Origin: Octopus sinensis
Lineage: Eukaryota
Reading direction: 5' to 3'
DNA length: 34,438 bases
Assembly (NCBI RefSeq): GCF_006345805.1
Contig: NW_021833548.1
Coordinates: forward strand, 1-34,438
Part shown: piece after piece, positions 11,908-23,276 of the stretch
Layout of the letters: the number at the start of each line of letters is the position of its first letter
How positions within the stretch are numbered: position 1 is the first letter of the stretch
Program-made: the position numbers and the translations under genes
The notes under the pieces: model-generated
Seen by the model: the letters and a program-made list of their open reading frames with translations, nothing else
Database searches by the model: none
What the model was told of the DNA's origin: nothing

Positions 11908-12004
11908 TCCTTTATTCTCGACATATGTTTCGAAGGCTGCATATTCCTAATTTCGAAGGAATAAGGGGTGCATTATGCCGCCTTCTCATCAGGAAAAACA
12001 AGGA
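11908..12004 (-). ncRNA. Type I hammerhead ribozyme (left arm)
   Basis: Mirror image of 12128-12224; CTGATGA at 11992-11986; predicted cleavage after GUC (11920/11919). Confidence 0.8.
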
Positions 12005-12127
12005 ACTTATCTCAGCATCAAGATGAACAAAAAAACTTTTAGATGACTGCCCACACGGAGCCATCGCTATGGGCTCCGTGTGGGCAGTCATCTAAAAGTT
12101 TTTATGCATCTTGATGTTGACATAAGT

Positions 12128-12224
12128 TCCTTGTTTTTCCTGATGAGAAGGCGGCATAATGCACCCCTTATTCCTTCGAAATGAGGAATATGCAGCCTTC
12201 GAAACATATGTCGAGAATAAAGGA
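12128..12224 (+). ncRNA. Type I hammerhead ribozyme (right arm)
   Basis: tccttgtttttc-CTGATGA-GAAGGCGGCATA..TATGCAGCCTTC-GAAA-CATATG-TC-gagaataaagga. Canonical core with G10.1-C11.1; stem II 11/12 paired; stem I 10/12 paired; palindromic stem III; predicted cleavage 12212/12213; AATAAA at 12216-12221. Confidence 0.8.
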
Positions 12225-12410
12225 ATTTTGTTAAATCGTCGTTCAACTCCATTCTTTCATTTATTTGTATTAAAAAAACACACAAATTTCCACACGAAAG
12301 CACGTGATCTCTGCCCTTGGCATGTAGCTTCAAGCGTGTTTTTCTGACGTGAATTTGCTACCCAGGTATCAGTTAACCGAATTATCCATAAAAGATAATT
12401 CATTCAACTA

Positions 12411-12455
<45 letters not shown>

Positions 12456-12467
12456 ATATATATATAT

Positions 12468-12803
12468 AAAGACCCCCTTCGGTCATGAGTGACCATGGGT
12501 TTGCACCTAGAGAGTTACCCTCTGAGGCACAAGTCTGGGCAAGGTTGTTTTTGTGGAAGACCAGTAGTCGCCCATGCATACCGGCCTCCCCTCTCCACGC
12601 CAGCCAGCCGTGTATCCAGGGAAAGGCAAAGGTCGATACAGCTTGGCACCTGTGACGTCGCAACTCATTTCTACAGCTGAGTGAACTGGAGCAACGTGAA
12701 ATAAGTGTCTTTGCTCAAGAACACAATTCACAGCCCGGTCCGGATTCGAACTCCACACCTCACGATCGTAAGCTCGACGCTCTAACCACTGAGCCATGCG
12801 CCT

Positions 12804-12805
<2 letters not shown>
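12468..12805 (-). mobile_element. Full-length tRNA-derived SINE, family C (CORE/Meta-type central domain)
   Basis: A box TGGCTCAGTGG, B box GAGTTCGAATCC, then GTGTTCTTGAGCAAAGACACTT..GCTCCAGTTCACTCAGCTGTAGAAATG. Confidence 0.8.
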
Positions 12806-12849
<44 letters not shown>

Positions 12850-13130
12850 GTGTGTATATATATATGTACATATATGTGTGTGTATACACGTGTGCATGTT
12901 TGTGTATGTATGTGTATATATATATAGTTGAAACCGCCTCATGTCTGAGTAAGACCATTTCTTAAATCCATTTCCCTGTGAGAAACATCTCATGTTTGGT
13001 TTCCCCATCATTGATGGCATCTCATATGGCCCCTAAGCCATCCTTCCAGCAACAACCCCTGACCATTTGGATGTAGGGACCTGCAATGCCAAATGGGTTC
13101 ACTGACCACATAAATATATGTATACATGTA

Positions 13131-13226
13131 GGCGTAGGAGTGGCTGTGTGGTAAGTAGCTTGCTTATGAACCACATGATTTCGGGTTCAGTCCTACTGCG
13201 TGGCACCTTGGACAAGTGTCTTCTAC
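13131..13226 (+). mobile_element. SINE family A head, truncated
   Basis: GGCGTAGGAGTGGCTGTGTGG through GTGTCTTCTAC, fused to a Helitron fragment. Confidence 0.75.
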
Positions 13227-13778
13227 ATGGTCCGATTTGAATTTTATCTTCTACAGAAGGAAGAGCAAGCCTTCTTCTATCATACTCTCAATTTTGGTCA
13301 ACTTGCGCCACAGGATCTCAGAGGAGATAGTGTTAGTTGAAGGCTACCAAACCTGCCACACACAGACAACTTCAGCTTTATATATATAGACTAGTAGTAT
13401 CGCCCAGCGTTGCTCGGGTTTGTTTCGACCCTTTAGAATTGGAATTTTTGAAAAGTAAAAATTTTGCCTTATGTAGCTTGTTATTCTCTTCAAGTGAACA
13501 TTTTTCTGGTTGAAATACACCAAAAAAATGGCGACACAGCAGTCAAAAAATCGTAAAAAATAGGGATTTTCATAGAAAAAAAAAGCACCTTTTTGATGCA
13601 AATAATTTTTGGTGTTAACATGGTCCGATTTGAATTTCTTCTATGGAAGGAAGTGCAAGCCTTCTATCATGCTCTCAATTTTGGTCAACTTGCGCCACAG
13701 GGTCTCAGAGGAGATAGTGTTAGTTGAAGGCTACCAAACCTGCCACACACAGACAACTTCAGCTTATATATATATAGA
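13227..13778 (-). mobile_element. Non-autonomous Helitron: complete copy 13391-13778 plus head-to-tail partial copy 13227-13390
   Basis: Minus strand: 5' TC(TATATATAT), 3' GC hairpin CCCGAGCAACGCTGGG then CTAG; junction CTAG|TCTATA at 13394-13385. Confidence 0.8.
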
Positions 13779-14039
13779 TAAGCTGATGTTTGGAACATAA
13801 ATTAACATAAATTAACATGGAGTTTTAATAGAAAGTTTTAACTTAGATCATTTTAAAATTTGTATCATAGAATCATGGGAAATTTTGAGCAGGTTGGTAT
13901 CAAAATGGCTAATCTTAGTTGGTTATCTAAACAATGTTAAAATAATTTTAAAGCATGAAGATGTCCATCATACTGAATAATTTGAAAATCATGGCAAAAC
14001 CAGAACTATCACCTATTTACCCAATAACTTTATAATTAA

Positions 14040-14536
14040 CTTGCAGTATCGCCCGGCGTTGCTCGGGTTTGTAAGGGAAATAACTATATAAGCATTTTTA
14101 GAGAGTTATAGCCAAAAAATAGCAAAAAAATGCATTAAAAATGGAAAAAAAATTATGGTAATTTTTTTTTAATCGTTGACTCATCGTAGACATTTTTAGA
14201 GAGTTACTTCCCTTATATAATAGCGAAAAAATGCATTAAAATGGAAAAAAATGATGGTAAATTTTTTTTTAAATCGTTGGCTCATCGTAGACATTTTTAG
14301 AGAGTTACTTCCCTTATATAATAGCGAAAAAATGCATTAAAATGGAAAAAAAGGATGGTAAATTTTTTTTTAAATCGTAGACTCATCGTAGACGCGCGCT
14401 AATACCTAGAAGGGCTCGATATGAATCACAACTATAAGATACCCGCTTTTGGTTAAACTGCACCGCAAAATGTGGGAGTAGTTAGGAATCTAAATCGTAG
14501 GAGACAGACACACAACCTTACTTTTATATATAAAGA
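14040..14536 (-). mobile_element. Non-autonomous Helitron with internal 101-bp tandem repeat (~3 units)
   Basis: Same 3' hairpin with terminal CAAG variant; 5' TCTTTATATAT; repeat unit starts at 14187, 14288 and 14389. Confidence 0.75.
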
Positions 14537-15252
14537 TGACATTTTTAACTCTTGCCTTGTCTCTGAAGAGAATACAACCTATTAACATTCAAACAGATAA
14601 ACCGGATTTCACAGCATGTTGATCGTGGTTAAAATGTATCAGATGAACTGCAAGAGTACCACATTGGACAAAAAGCAACAGTTTCCTCCAACATAAAGAC
14701 AGTTAACTGGTGATTGATATTACTGGAAACTGAAGCTCTCAAGTTTTCCAGTGTTGCACTAGGGCTGGAGGTTGCCTCTTTGACCATTTTTGATTTTGCT
14801 CCTCTGGTAAGTTTGCTCTGTCTCCCAGATCTTGGTAGTGTAGAAGTGGTTTTGTGCAATAACCACTTCTAAACTACAGTTTTAACAGTGCTTGGGGGCA
14901 ATTCTAAAGTTTTTGCAATATTTTTATAGCCATTATTTTCATTGTACTTTTGAAAGAATAAGGTTTTTAAGTTCCTGAGACAGAGGCTTGCCCATTTTCT
15001 TTCCCGAGTTGGACCCCTTGTCAGAGTCCAAAGACCAACATACCAAAAAAACATTGTGGTGAATGATTTTGTAGGCAGTTAAATCACCTCATATAGCAAA
15101 ATAATAGACTGGCCAAGTTTGTTATGGTAGAACGCACATGACACTTTTGATAGTTTTGGATTATATACATCAATGACAAACTACCTGATAACACAGTATA
15201 ATATCTTGGGGGCGGGGCTGTAGACTTTTGCAAAGACATTTTTCTAAGTTAT

Positions 15253-15715
15253 ATCATCATTATCATCATCATCATTTAACGTCCGCTTTCCATGCTAGTA
15301 TGGGTTGGACGGTTCAACCAGGGTCTGGGAAGCCAGGAGGCTGCACCAGGCTCCAGTCTGATCTGGCAGTGTTTCTACAGCTGGATGCCCTTCCTAACGC
15401 CAACCACTCCATAAGTATGGTGGGTGCTTTTAACGTGCCACCGAGGCTGGCTGCGGCCACGATCAGTTGGTACTTTTTACGTGCCACCGGCACAGAAGCC
15501 AGTCAAGGCGGTGCTGGCATTGGCCACGTTCGGATGGTGCTTTTTACGTGCCACTGGCACAGGGATCACAACTACAATTTCCATTGATATTTATTTTGAT
15601 GTTGATGTACTTGACTCAATAGGTCTCCTCAAGCACAGCAGGTCATGTGCCACTGACACAGAAGCCAGTCAAGGCGGCACTGGCATCGGCCACATTCGGA
15701 TGGTGCTTTTTACCT
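15253..15715 (-). mobile_element. LINE 3' UTR fragment (RTE/RTEX-like) with (ATG)n tail
   Basis: Same sequence as 19634-19820, 22937-23226 and 26287-26950; the last extends into RT-like coding sequence. Confidence 0.7.
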
Positions 15716-15874
15716 GATGGGGATTTTAAGAATCAGTGTGAAATTTTTTAAATGTAATTTTTTTATCAAAGGAAAGTCTGATGGATCTGCTTAGTATTTA
15801 ACAATCAATGGAATTGAAAAAAAATGTGTTGTTCCTATTAAATTATACAAAACATAAATTTTCAAAGGTGGGGT

Positions 15875-16280
15875 ACTCTTTTACTCTTTTACTTGTTTCA
15901 GTCATTTGACTGCGGCCATGCTGGAGCACCGCCTTTAGTCACACAAATCGACCCCGGGACTTATTCTTTGTAAGCTCAGTACCCTATTCTAATCGGTCTC
16001 TTTTGCCGACCGCTAATGACGAGGACATAAACACACCAGCATCGGTTGTCAACAATGCTAGGGGACACACACAGACACACAAACACACACTACACATACA
16101 TATATATACATATATACGACAGGCTTCTTTCAGTTTCCCGTCTACCAAATCCACTCACAAGGCTTTGGCAGCTCGAGGCTATAGTAGAAGACACTGTGCC
16201 CAAGGTGCCACGCAGTGGGACTGAACCCGGAACCATGTGGTTGGTAAACAAGCTACTTACCACACAGCCACTCCTGCGCT
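15875..16280 (-). mobile_element. Full-length SINE family A with 17-bp TSD
   Basis: TSD ATTTTCAAAGGTGGGGT at 15858-15874 and 16281-16297; inserted in the Tc1 TIR. Confidence 0.9.
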
Positions 16281-16752
16281 ATTTTCAAAGGTGGGGTGTA
16301 GACTTTTGCAAGCCACTGAAGCTGGAACACCTTTGATCATAGGTCCACTCAATCAGAGCGGGGGCTGGAGCTAAACAACAACAACGACATCAAGAACAAC
16401 TATATAGGGCAGTACATCAAAATCTAAGAACGATCCCTGACTAATGAGAGGTGTTTTGGCAAAGAGGTAACTGCTTGGCTCAAAAGCTGAAGTCATCCAA
16501 CCCATGGCCTAGGTGAACTTGTTTATCAAAGAAAACAAGCTTTGTTTGTTTATCTTCTTTCTTTCTTTCTTTTTGTAGCCAAACCACTGCACATTCCTGT
16601 TGCTATTGCGAAGTGTGTTTGTTGCTATAACTGTGAATCTCATTAGCAACTGTTTAGGCTGAACAAATTGTGGAGTCAAGTGGATGCTTGATTCTTTGAA
16701 ATTTTAGAACTTGGAAAATGGGCGGAGATTATGTATTTATTCATTGTTCTGA

Positions 16753-16788
16753 TTATTATCATCATCATCATCATCATCATCGTTATTA

Positions 16789-16830
<42 letters not shown>

Positions 16831-17112
16831 TAATATTATTATTATTATTATTATTGTTGTTGTTATTATTACTATCACTATTATTAATTATTAATTAATT
16901 ATTATTTATTATTATTATTATTGTTATTATTATTAATTTATTATTATTTTATTATTATTATTGTTGTTATTATTAATTAACTATTATTAATTATTATTTA
17001 TTATTATTATTATATTATTATTATTATCATTTTTATTATTATTATTATTATTATTATCATTTTTATTATTATTATTTTATTTTATTTCTTTATTATTATT
17101 ATTATTTGATTA
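16753..17112. repeat. (TTA)n/(TCA)n microsatellite
   Basis: Direct reading of the sequence. Confidence 0.9.
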
Positions 17113-17400
17113 TTTTTCTTCTCTTTTTCTGTTACCTATCAAAACTTAAGTAAAAGCCTTAAATGGAAAACACCATTGTAAGAATATGAACTGGTCCATG
17201 TCAGATTTTTTAAAACTATTCCCATATCTGTGTGATGTCCAGCCATTTCAGCCTGTGTGATAGCTTGAGCAGGGATTGAACCTAATACTCCAATGATTAC
17301 AGGTGCCACTTTCACTTTTGCTGCTGGACATCTCCACATTCTAGATAGAGTATTCTGTTAGCTAATTGATACTCAAAGTGTTGGTCATCCACATTTTAAG
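17112..17400 (-). mobile_element. 3' end of an RLE-type non-LTR retrotransposon (R4/Dong- or NeSL-like)
   Basis: KVKVAPVIIGVLGSIP, then after a frameshift a decayed LQKSALLGTAHILRKVLSI*-like terminus (stop 17159-17161) and a short UTR running into (TAA)n. Confidence 0.55.
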
Positions 17401-17662
17401 ATTGTTTGCTATTCAGACCACAAATTTGTGATTTATATGGTCAACATAGACAGGGACTGTAGCTAGGGACCACGTAACTAGGAGCTGAATGCATCACTCC
17501 CAATACACATGTATATATGTGTGTGTGTGTATATTGTATATATATATATAATATATTTAATATATATATATTATATATAATATATATTATATATATATTA
17601 CATATATATATTATATAATATATTCATATATATCTATATAATATATATATATATATGTATGT

Positions 17663-18238
17663 ATGTACACTGAAAAGGTGATGAGGAATGCAGGCCTGGA
17701 GGATAGCAGCATTGGAGTGAGGATGGAGAAGAAATATTATAACCTTCGCTATGCAGATGATATAACCCTGCTAGCAGAGAGTTGTAAGGATCTGGAGGAT
17801 CTTGTCCCTGCTGGTCAAAAGAGAGTGAGAAATTTGGGCTGTACCTCAATGTTAAGAAAAAACGAAGATCATGTCAACAGCAGCAGCCCACAACAAACAT
17901 CAGCATCAAGATCGATAATGAAGAGATTGAAGTGGTTGATGATTTCATCATCTTCCTTGGCTCAAATAAAATCGAGATGGTGACTGCACTCCAGAAATAA
18001 GACGGCAGATAGTACTAGGCAGAGAGGCAATGGTCAGCATGAGCAAGATCTGGAAGAGTAGAGACATCAGACTCATTACCAAATGCAGTTTGGTGAATGC
18101 AATTGTCTTCCCAATAGCAACATATGGATGCGAGACCTGGACACTAAAGAAAGCTGACCAGGGTAGAACTGACTGGAGGACACTGATCCAACGAGTGACC
18201 GAGAGTCGACCTCGACTGAGCGGATAGAGAGAGAGTAA
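17663..18238 (+). pseudogene. RTE-clade (BovB-like) reverse transcriptase fragment, frameshifted and internally deleted
   Basis: NLRYADDITLLAES; IVFPIATYGCETWTLKKAD; C-terminal WRTLIQRVTESRPRLSG* followed by a (GA)n tail. Confidence 0.85.
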
Positions 18239-18260
18239 TATATATATAATATATATATAG

Positions 18261-18298
<38 letters not shown>

Positions 18299-18394
18299 CG
18301 GGAAGGTTTACGAAAATAAACAAAAGACAAAGGCAGGTGGAATACAAACAAACAATTGTATTAGTATGGCGCTCAAGAATAGAAATAAAACAAG

Positions 18395-18432
18395 TCTTTT
18401 ACATTTCGAGCCTACGCTCTTTGACAGAAAGA
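18395..18432 (-). ncRNA. Degenerate minimal hammerhead-like motif (same family as 2283-2319)
   Basis: tcttt-CTGTCAA-a-GAGC gtag GCTC-GAAA-TG-TA-aaaga; G8 is mutated. Confidence 0.4.
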
Positions 18433-18725
18433 TACACAGAAAAGAAACAAGGAGAGAAAAAAATTGTGTGTATGGGCTAACGATCCAATATATATATTGG
18501 TTGTGAGTTCGATTCCCAGACAGGGCTGTGTGTTGTATTCTTGAGTAAGACACTTTATTTCACTTTATTCCAGTTAACGTTCATAAGCTCAACACTCTAA
18601 CGATCGTTATATATATATATAATATATATATATATATATAAATGGTGGTGCCCCAGCATGGCCACAGCTAGTGAGCTGAAACTAGATAAATAATAAATAA
18701 AAAAAATAATATATGTATATATATA

Positions 18726-18771
<46 letters not shown>

Positions 18772-18811
18772 GGTGTGTGTGTGGTGTATATATATATATA
18801 TTATATATAAT

Positions 18812-18844
<33 letters not shown>

Positions 18845-19510
18845 AAAGAAATCAGAGAAGTTCTCACATATACTTCAAATAGTAACCCAATCTGCTAGAC
18901 ATCATAGCTAAATTCTTCAAATAATGCTCACTATCTAAAAAAACAAAAGGGAGAAACATTACATAATGCACTCCCATTCAAGAGTAAGTTGTGATGGCCA
19001 TGGTTGGCATTACTGCTCCGTGTGGGTGGAACAACAACCAGATAAACTGTTATTTATTTGTTTCGAATGATTAACTCCAAGATATCACAGTTGGCCATTA
19101 TTAAGAAATGATAGTCACCTATTGTTAAGATAACAACAGAGAGGCATCGTTAAGGTAACAACAGAGAGGCATCGTTAAGATAACGCAGGAAGAAACCATC
19201 TCCAAGATAACATGCCATCATATTGTTCGCTTTGTTTGTTTGCATGTGTGTGTGTGTGTGTGTGTGTATGTATATCATCATTTATCATCCATGTTCCATG
19301 TTAGCATGGTTAGACTATATATATATATATATTTATATATACATATTAATATATATATATATATTATTATATATATATATATATATAAGAATATATATAA
19401 TATATATATGTGGTGTGTTATATCATCATCATCATCACAATAATCATTTAGCGTGATGATGATGATGATGAGATATATACACACACATATATATATATAT
19501 ATGGTGTGTG

Positions 19511-19543
<33 letters not shown>

Positions 19544-19544
19544 C

Positions 19545-19587
<43 letters not shown>

Positions 19588-19633
19588 GTATGTTTGTATG
19601 TGTACATATATATGTATGTACATATGTGCATGT

Positions 19634-19820
19634 ATCATCATCATCATCATTATCATCATCATCATCATCATCATCATCATCGTTTAACGTCCGCTTTCCA
19701 TGCTAGCATGGGTTGGACGATTTGACTGAGGACTGGCGAACCAGATGGCTGCACCAGGCTCCAGTCTTGATCTGGCAGAGATTCTACAGCTGGATGCCCT
19801 TCCTAACACCAACCACCCCA
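19634..19820 (-). mobile_element. LINE 3' tail fragment with (ATG)n
   Basis: Matches 15253-15410. Confidence 0.7.
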
Positions 19821-19825
19821 AATGT

Positions 19826-19868
<43 letters not shown>

Positions 19869-20011
19869 ATATATATACACACACACACACTTAATTATTA
19901 TTAAAGATGCAAAAACATCACAAAAAATCACAAAAAACTTCTACTCTTTTTTCCCACCTTGTTTCACGTTTATGTGCTTACTTTGGTATATATACATATA
20001 CATATATATTA

Positions 20012-20045
<34 letters not shown>

Positions 20046-20486
20046 ATTTTTTATTCATACCAAGCATGTTGTTGATAGTGACTGCGAAGTTTCAGTCAGC
20101 TAGGCCATGGTTGGACTGTGAATCATTGGATTCAGTCTTGCTTTTATATGGTCTCTATTGAGTTAAAAGTTATTTTCAGGTGTGTGGGTTTGAGTGGGGT
20201 GGTAATCAGGTTTTTTTTATGGTTGATTGTTACAGAAGGGTGTTTTATAAAAAATTTAATTGATTCAATTTGGAGTGATGTTATTGTTTAGGAATTTACT
20301 CATTCATATAGAAGTTTGTAAACAAGCCTGTAAGTTTCTCTCCTTTGTTCGGTAGACGCAGGGTGTGACAGTAATTTTGGTGCTTTTGGTATAATTGGAT
20401 TTAATCTTTTGGCTTTGGCAGTGTAAAGGTCAAAGGTACAAACTCCAGTATTTAACCCTTTCATTACTGTATTTATTTTGAGATGT

Positions 20487-21750
20487 GAAGGCACATGGCT
20501 CAGTGGTTAGGGCATTCGGCTCACAATTGTAAGGTCATGAGTTCAATTCTCGGTGACATGTTGTGTCCTTCTGCAAGACACTTTATTTTACGTTGCTCCA
20601 GTTCACTCAGTTGGCAAAAATGATTGGTACCTGTATTTCAAAGGACCAGCCTTGTCCTACTCTGTGTCACGCTGAATCTCCCTGAGAACTACATTAAGGG
20701 TCCACATGTCTGTGGAGTACTCAGCCACTTGCACGTTAATTTCATGAGCAAACTGTTCTATTGATCATATCAGCTGGGACCCTCATGGTTGTAACCAATA
20801 GGGAGCCAGAGTAGGCCCTTAGAACCACGTTAAGGGTACACATGTCTGTGGAGTACTCAGCCACTTGCACGTTAATTTCATGAGCAAGCTCTTCCGTTGA
20901 TCGTATCAGCTGGGACCCTCATGGTTGTAACCATAGGAGCCAGAGTAGGCCCTTAGAACCACGTTAAGGTACACATGTCTGTGGAGTACTCAGCCACTTG
21001 CACGTTAATTTCATGAGCAAACTGTTCTATTGATCATATCAGCTGGGACCCTCATGGTTGTAACCAATAGGGAGCCAGAGTAGGCCCTTAGAACCACGTT
21101 AAGGGTACACATGTCTGTGGAGTACTCAGCCACTTGCACGTTAATTTCATGAGCAAGCTCTTCCGTTGATCGTATCAGCTGGGACCCTCATGGTTGTAAC
21201 CAATAGGGAGCCAGAGTAGGCCCTTAGAACCACGTTAAGGGTACACATGTCTGTGGAGTACTCAGCCACTTGCACGTTAATTTCATGAGCAAACTGTTCT
21301 ATTGATCATATCAGCTGGGACCCTCATGGTTGTAACCAATAGGGAGCCAGAGTAGGCCCTTAGAACCACGTTAAGGGTAACACATGTCTGTGGAGTACTC
21401 AGCCACTATTGCACGTTAATTTCATTGAGCAAGCTCTTCCGTTGATCGTATCAGCTGGACCCTCATGGTTGTAACCAATAGGAGCCCAGAAGTAGGCCCT
21501 TAGAACCACATTAAGGGTACACATGTCTGTGGAGTACTCAGCCACTTGCACGTTAATTTCATGAACAGGCTGTTCCGCTGATCGTATCAGCTGGGACTCT
21601 CATGGTTGTAACCAATAGGGAGCCAGAGTAGGCCCTTAGAACCACATTAAGGGTACACATGTCTGTGGAGTACTCAGCCACTTGCACGTTAATTTCATGA
21701 GCAAGCTGTTCCGTTGATCGGATCAGCTGGGACCCTCGTTCTCGTAACCT
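20487..21750 (+). mobile_element. Family C-type tRNA SINE with its 3' region expanded into a 136-bp tandem array (8 units)
   Basis: Head GAAGGCACATGGCTCAGTGG..GAGTTCAATTC; unit starts at 20704, 20840, 20973, 21109, 21245, 21382, 21521 and 21657. Confidence 0.9.
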
Positions 21751-22010
21751 GTGTGTGTGTGTCTTTGCACTGATGTTTGTCTCTGAATCACTTGATAATT
21801 GGTGTTGGTTTGTTTATTTCCCCATAACTTAGAGAGAGTGATAAAATGAAAAGCAAGGGTAAATTTCTTTGATCAAAAAAACACCTTCAAGTTATTGCCC
21901 CAGTATGGCCACAGTCCAATGATGGAAACAAGTACAGTGTATGTGTGTGTGTGAATGTGTGTGCATGTATGTATATGTGTGTGTGTGTATATATATATAT
22001 GTATATGTAT

Positions 22011-22656
22011 GTAGGAGTGGCTGGGCGGTAAGTAGCTTGCTTACGAACTATATGGTTCTGGGTTCAGTCCCACTGCGTGGCACCTTGGGCAAGTGTCTTC
22101 TACTATAGCCTCGGGCCGAACAAAGCCTTGTGAGTGGACTTGGTAGACGGAAACTGAAAGAAGCCCGTTGTATATATGTATATATATATATGTATGTGTA
22201 TGCATTTGTTTGTGTGTCTGTGTTTCCCCCCCCCCCCAACATCGCTTGACAACCGATGCTGGTGTGTTTACATCCCCGTAACTTAGCAGTTTGGCAAAAG
22301 AGACCTATAGAATAAGATTACGCTATATAATAAAAGAATATGTCCTGGGGTCAATTTGCTCAACTAAAGGCAGTGCTCCAGCATGGCCACAGTCACATGA
22401 CTGAAACGAGTAAAAGAGTAGAATATATTTATTTATATGTAAATATATACAGAAACCCACAAATAAATAAAGTTCTATGCACATAGGCGTAGGAGTGGCT
22501 GTGTGGTAAGTAGCTTGCTTACCAACCACATGGTTCCGGGTTCAGTCCTACTGCGTGGCACCTTGGGCAAGTGTCTTCTACTATAGCCTCGGGCCGACCA
22601 AAGCCTTGTGAGTGGATTTGGTAGACGGAAACTGAAAGAAGCCCGTCGTATATATG

Positions 22657-22687
<31 letters not shown>

Positions 22688-22893
22688 ATATGTTTGTGTG
22701 TCTATGTTTGTCCCCCCAACATCGCTTGACAACCGATGTTGGTGTGTTTACGTCCCCGTCGCTTAGCGGTTCGGCAAAAAAGAGACCGATGGAATAAGTA
22801 CTAGGCTTACAAAGAATAAGTTCCGACCGAAGGCGGTGCTCCAGCATGGCCGCAGTCGGGTGACTGAAACAGGTGAAAGAGAGTGAAAGAGAG
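22011..22893 (+). mobile_element. Two SINE family A copies (22011-22420, 22487-22893)
   Basis: A box TGGCTG(T/G)G(T/C)GG, B box GGTTCAGTCC(C/T), shared tail. Confidence 0.9.
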
Positions 22894-22936
22894 TATATAT
22901 ATATATATATACATACATACATATATATATATATAT

Positions 22937-23223
22937 CGAGCGTGGCCGTCTGCCAGCCTCGTCTGGCACCTGTGTCGGTGGCACATAAAAAACACCATCC
23001 GAGCGTGGCCGTTTGCCAGCCTCGTCTGGCACCTGTGTCGGTGGCACATAAAATCACCCACTACACTCTCGGAGTGGTTGGCGTTAGGAAGGGCATCCAG
23101 CTGTAGAAACACTGCCAGATCTGACTGGACTGGTGCAGCTTTCGGGCTCCCCAGACCCCAGTTGAACCGTCCAACCCATGCTAGCATGGAAAGCGGACGT
23201 TAAATGATGATGTGATGATGATG

Positions 23224-23226
<3 letters not shown>
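22937..23226 (+). mobile_element. LINE 3' UTR fragment with 63-bp internal duplication and (ATG)n tail
   Basis: Reverse complement of the 15253 family; CGAGCGTGGCCG..GGCACATAAAA occurs twice. Confidence 0.7.

Positions 23227-23276
<50 letters not shown>

Larger units (their letters stand above)
11862..12270. repeat. ~409-bp near-perfect palindrome (foldback element) carrying two hammerheads
   Basis: ~200-bp arms centred on CCAT-CGCT-ATGG at 12061-12072; a handful of mismatches, about 95% by eye. Confidence 0.95.
14537..16318 (-). mobile_element. Decayed Tc1-family transposon (IR/DR type), 5' part, with two nested insertions
   Basis: Translation GYKNIAKTLELPPSTVKTVV*KWLLHKTTSTLPRSGRQSKL resembles the Tc1 paired-like HTH; terminus CAGTGGCTTGCAAAAGT at 16318; inner repeat at 15214-15240 shares TGTAGACTTTTGCAA. 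Confidence 0.75.

Noticed and set aside
12730-12805. tRNA gene
   Set aside because: A and B boxes continue into a SINE body with no acceptor-stem closure; it is a SINE head, as are the other tRNA-like segments.
19124-19184. 25-bp repeat x 2.4
   Set aside because: Ordinary local slippage duplication.
20421-20440. DR1-like nuclear receptor site AGGTCAAAGGTAC
   Set aside because: A single short motif with no conservation or functional evidence.
20704-21750. CRISPR-like array
   Set aside because: Inter-repeat segments are identical, the unit derives from a SINE, the context is eukaryotic and there are no cas genes.
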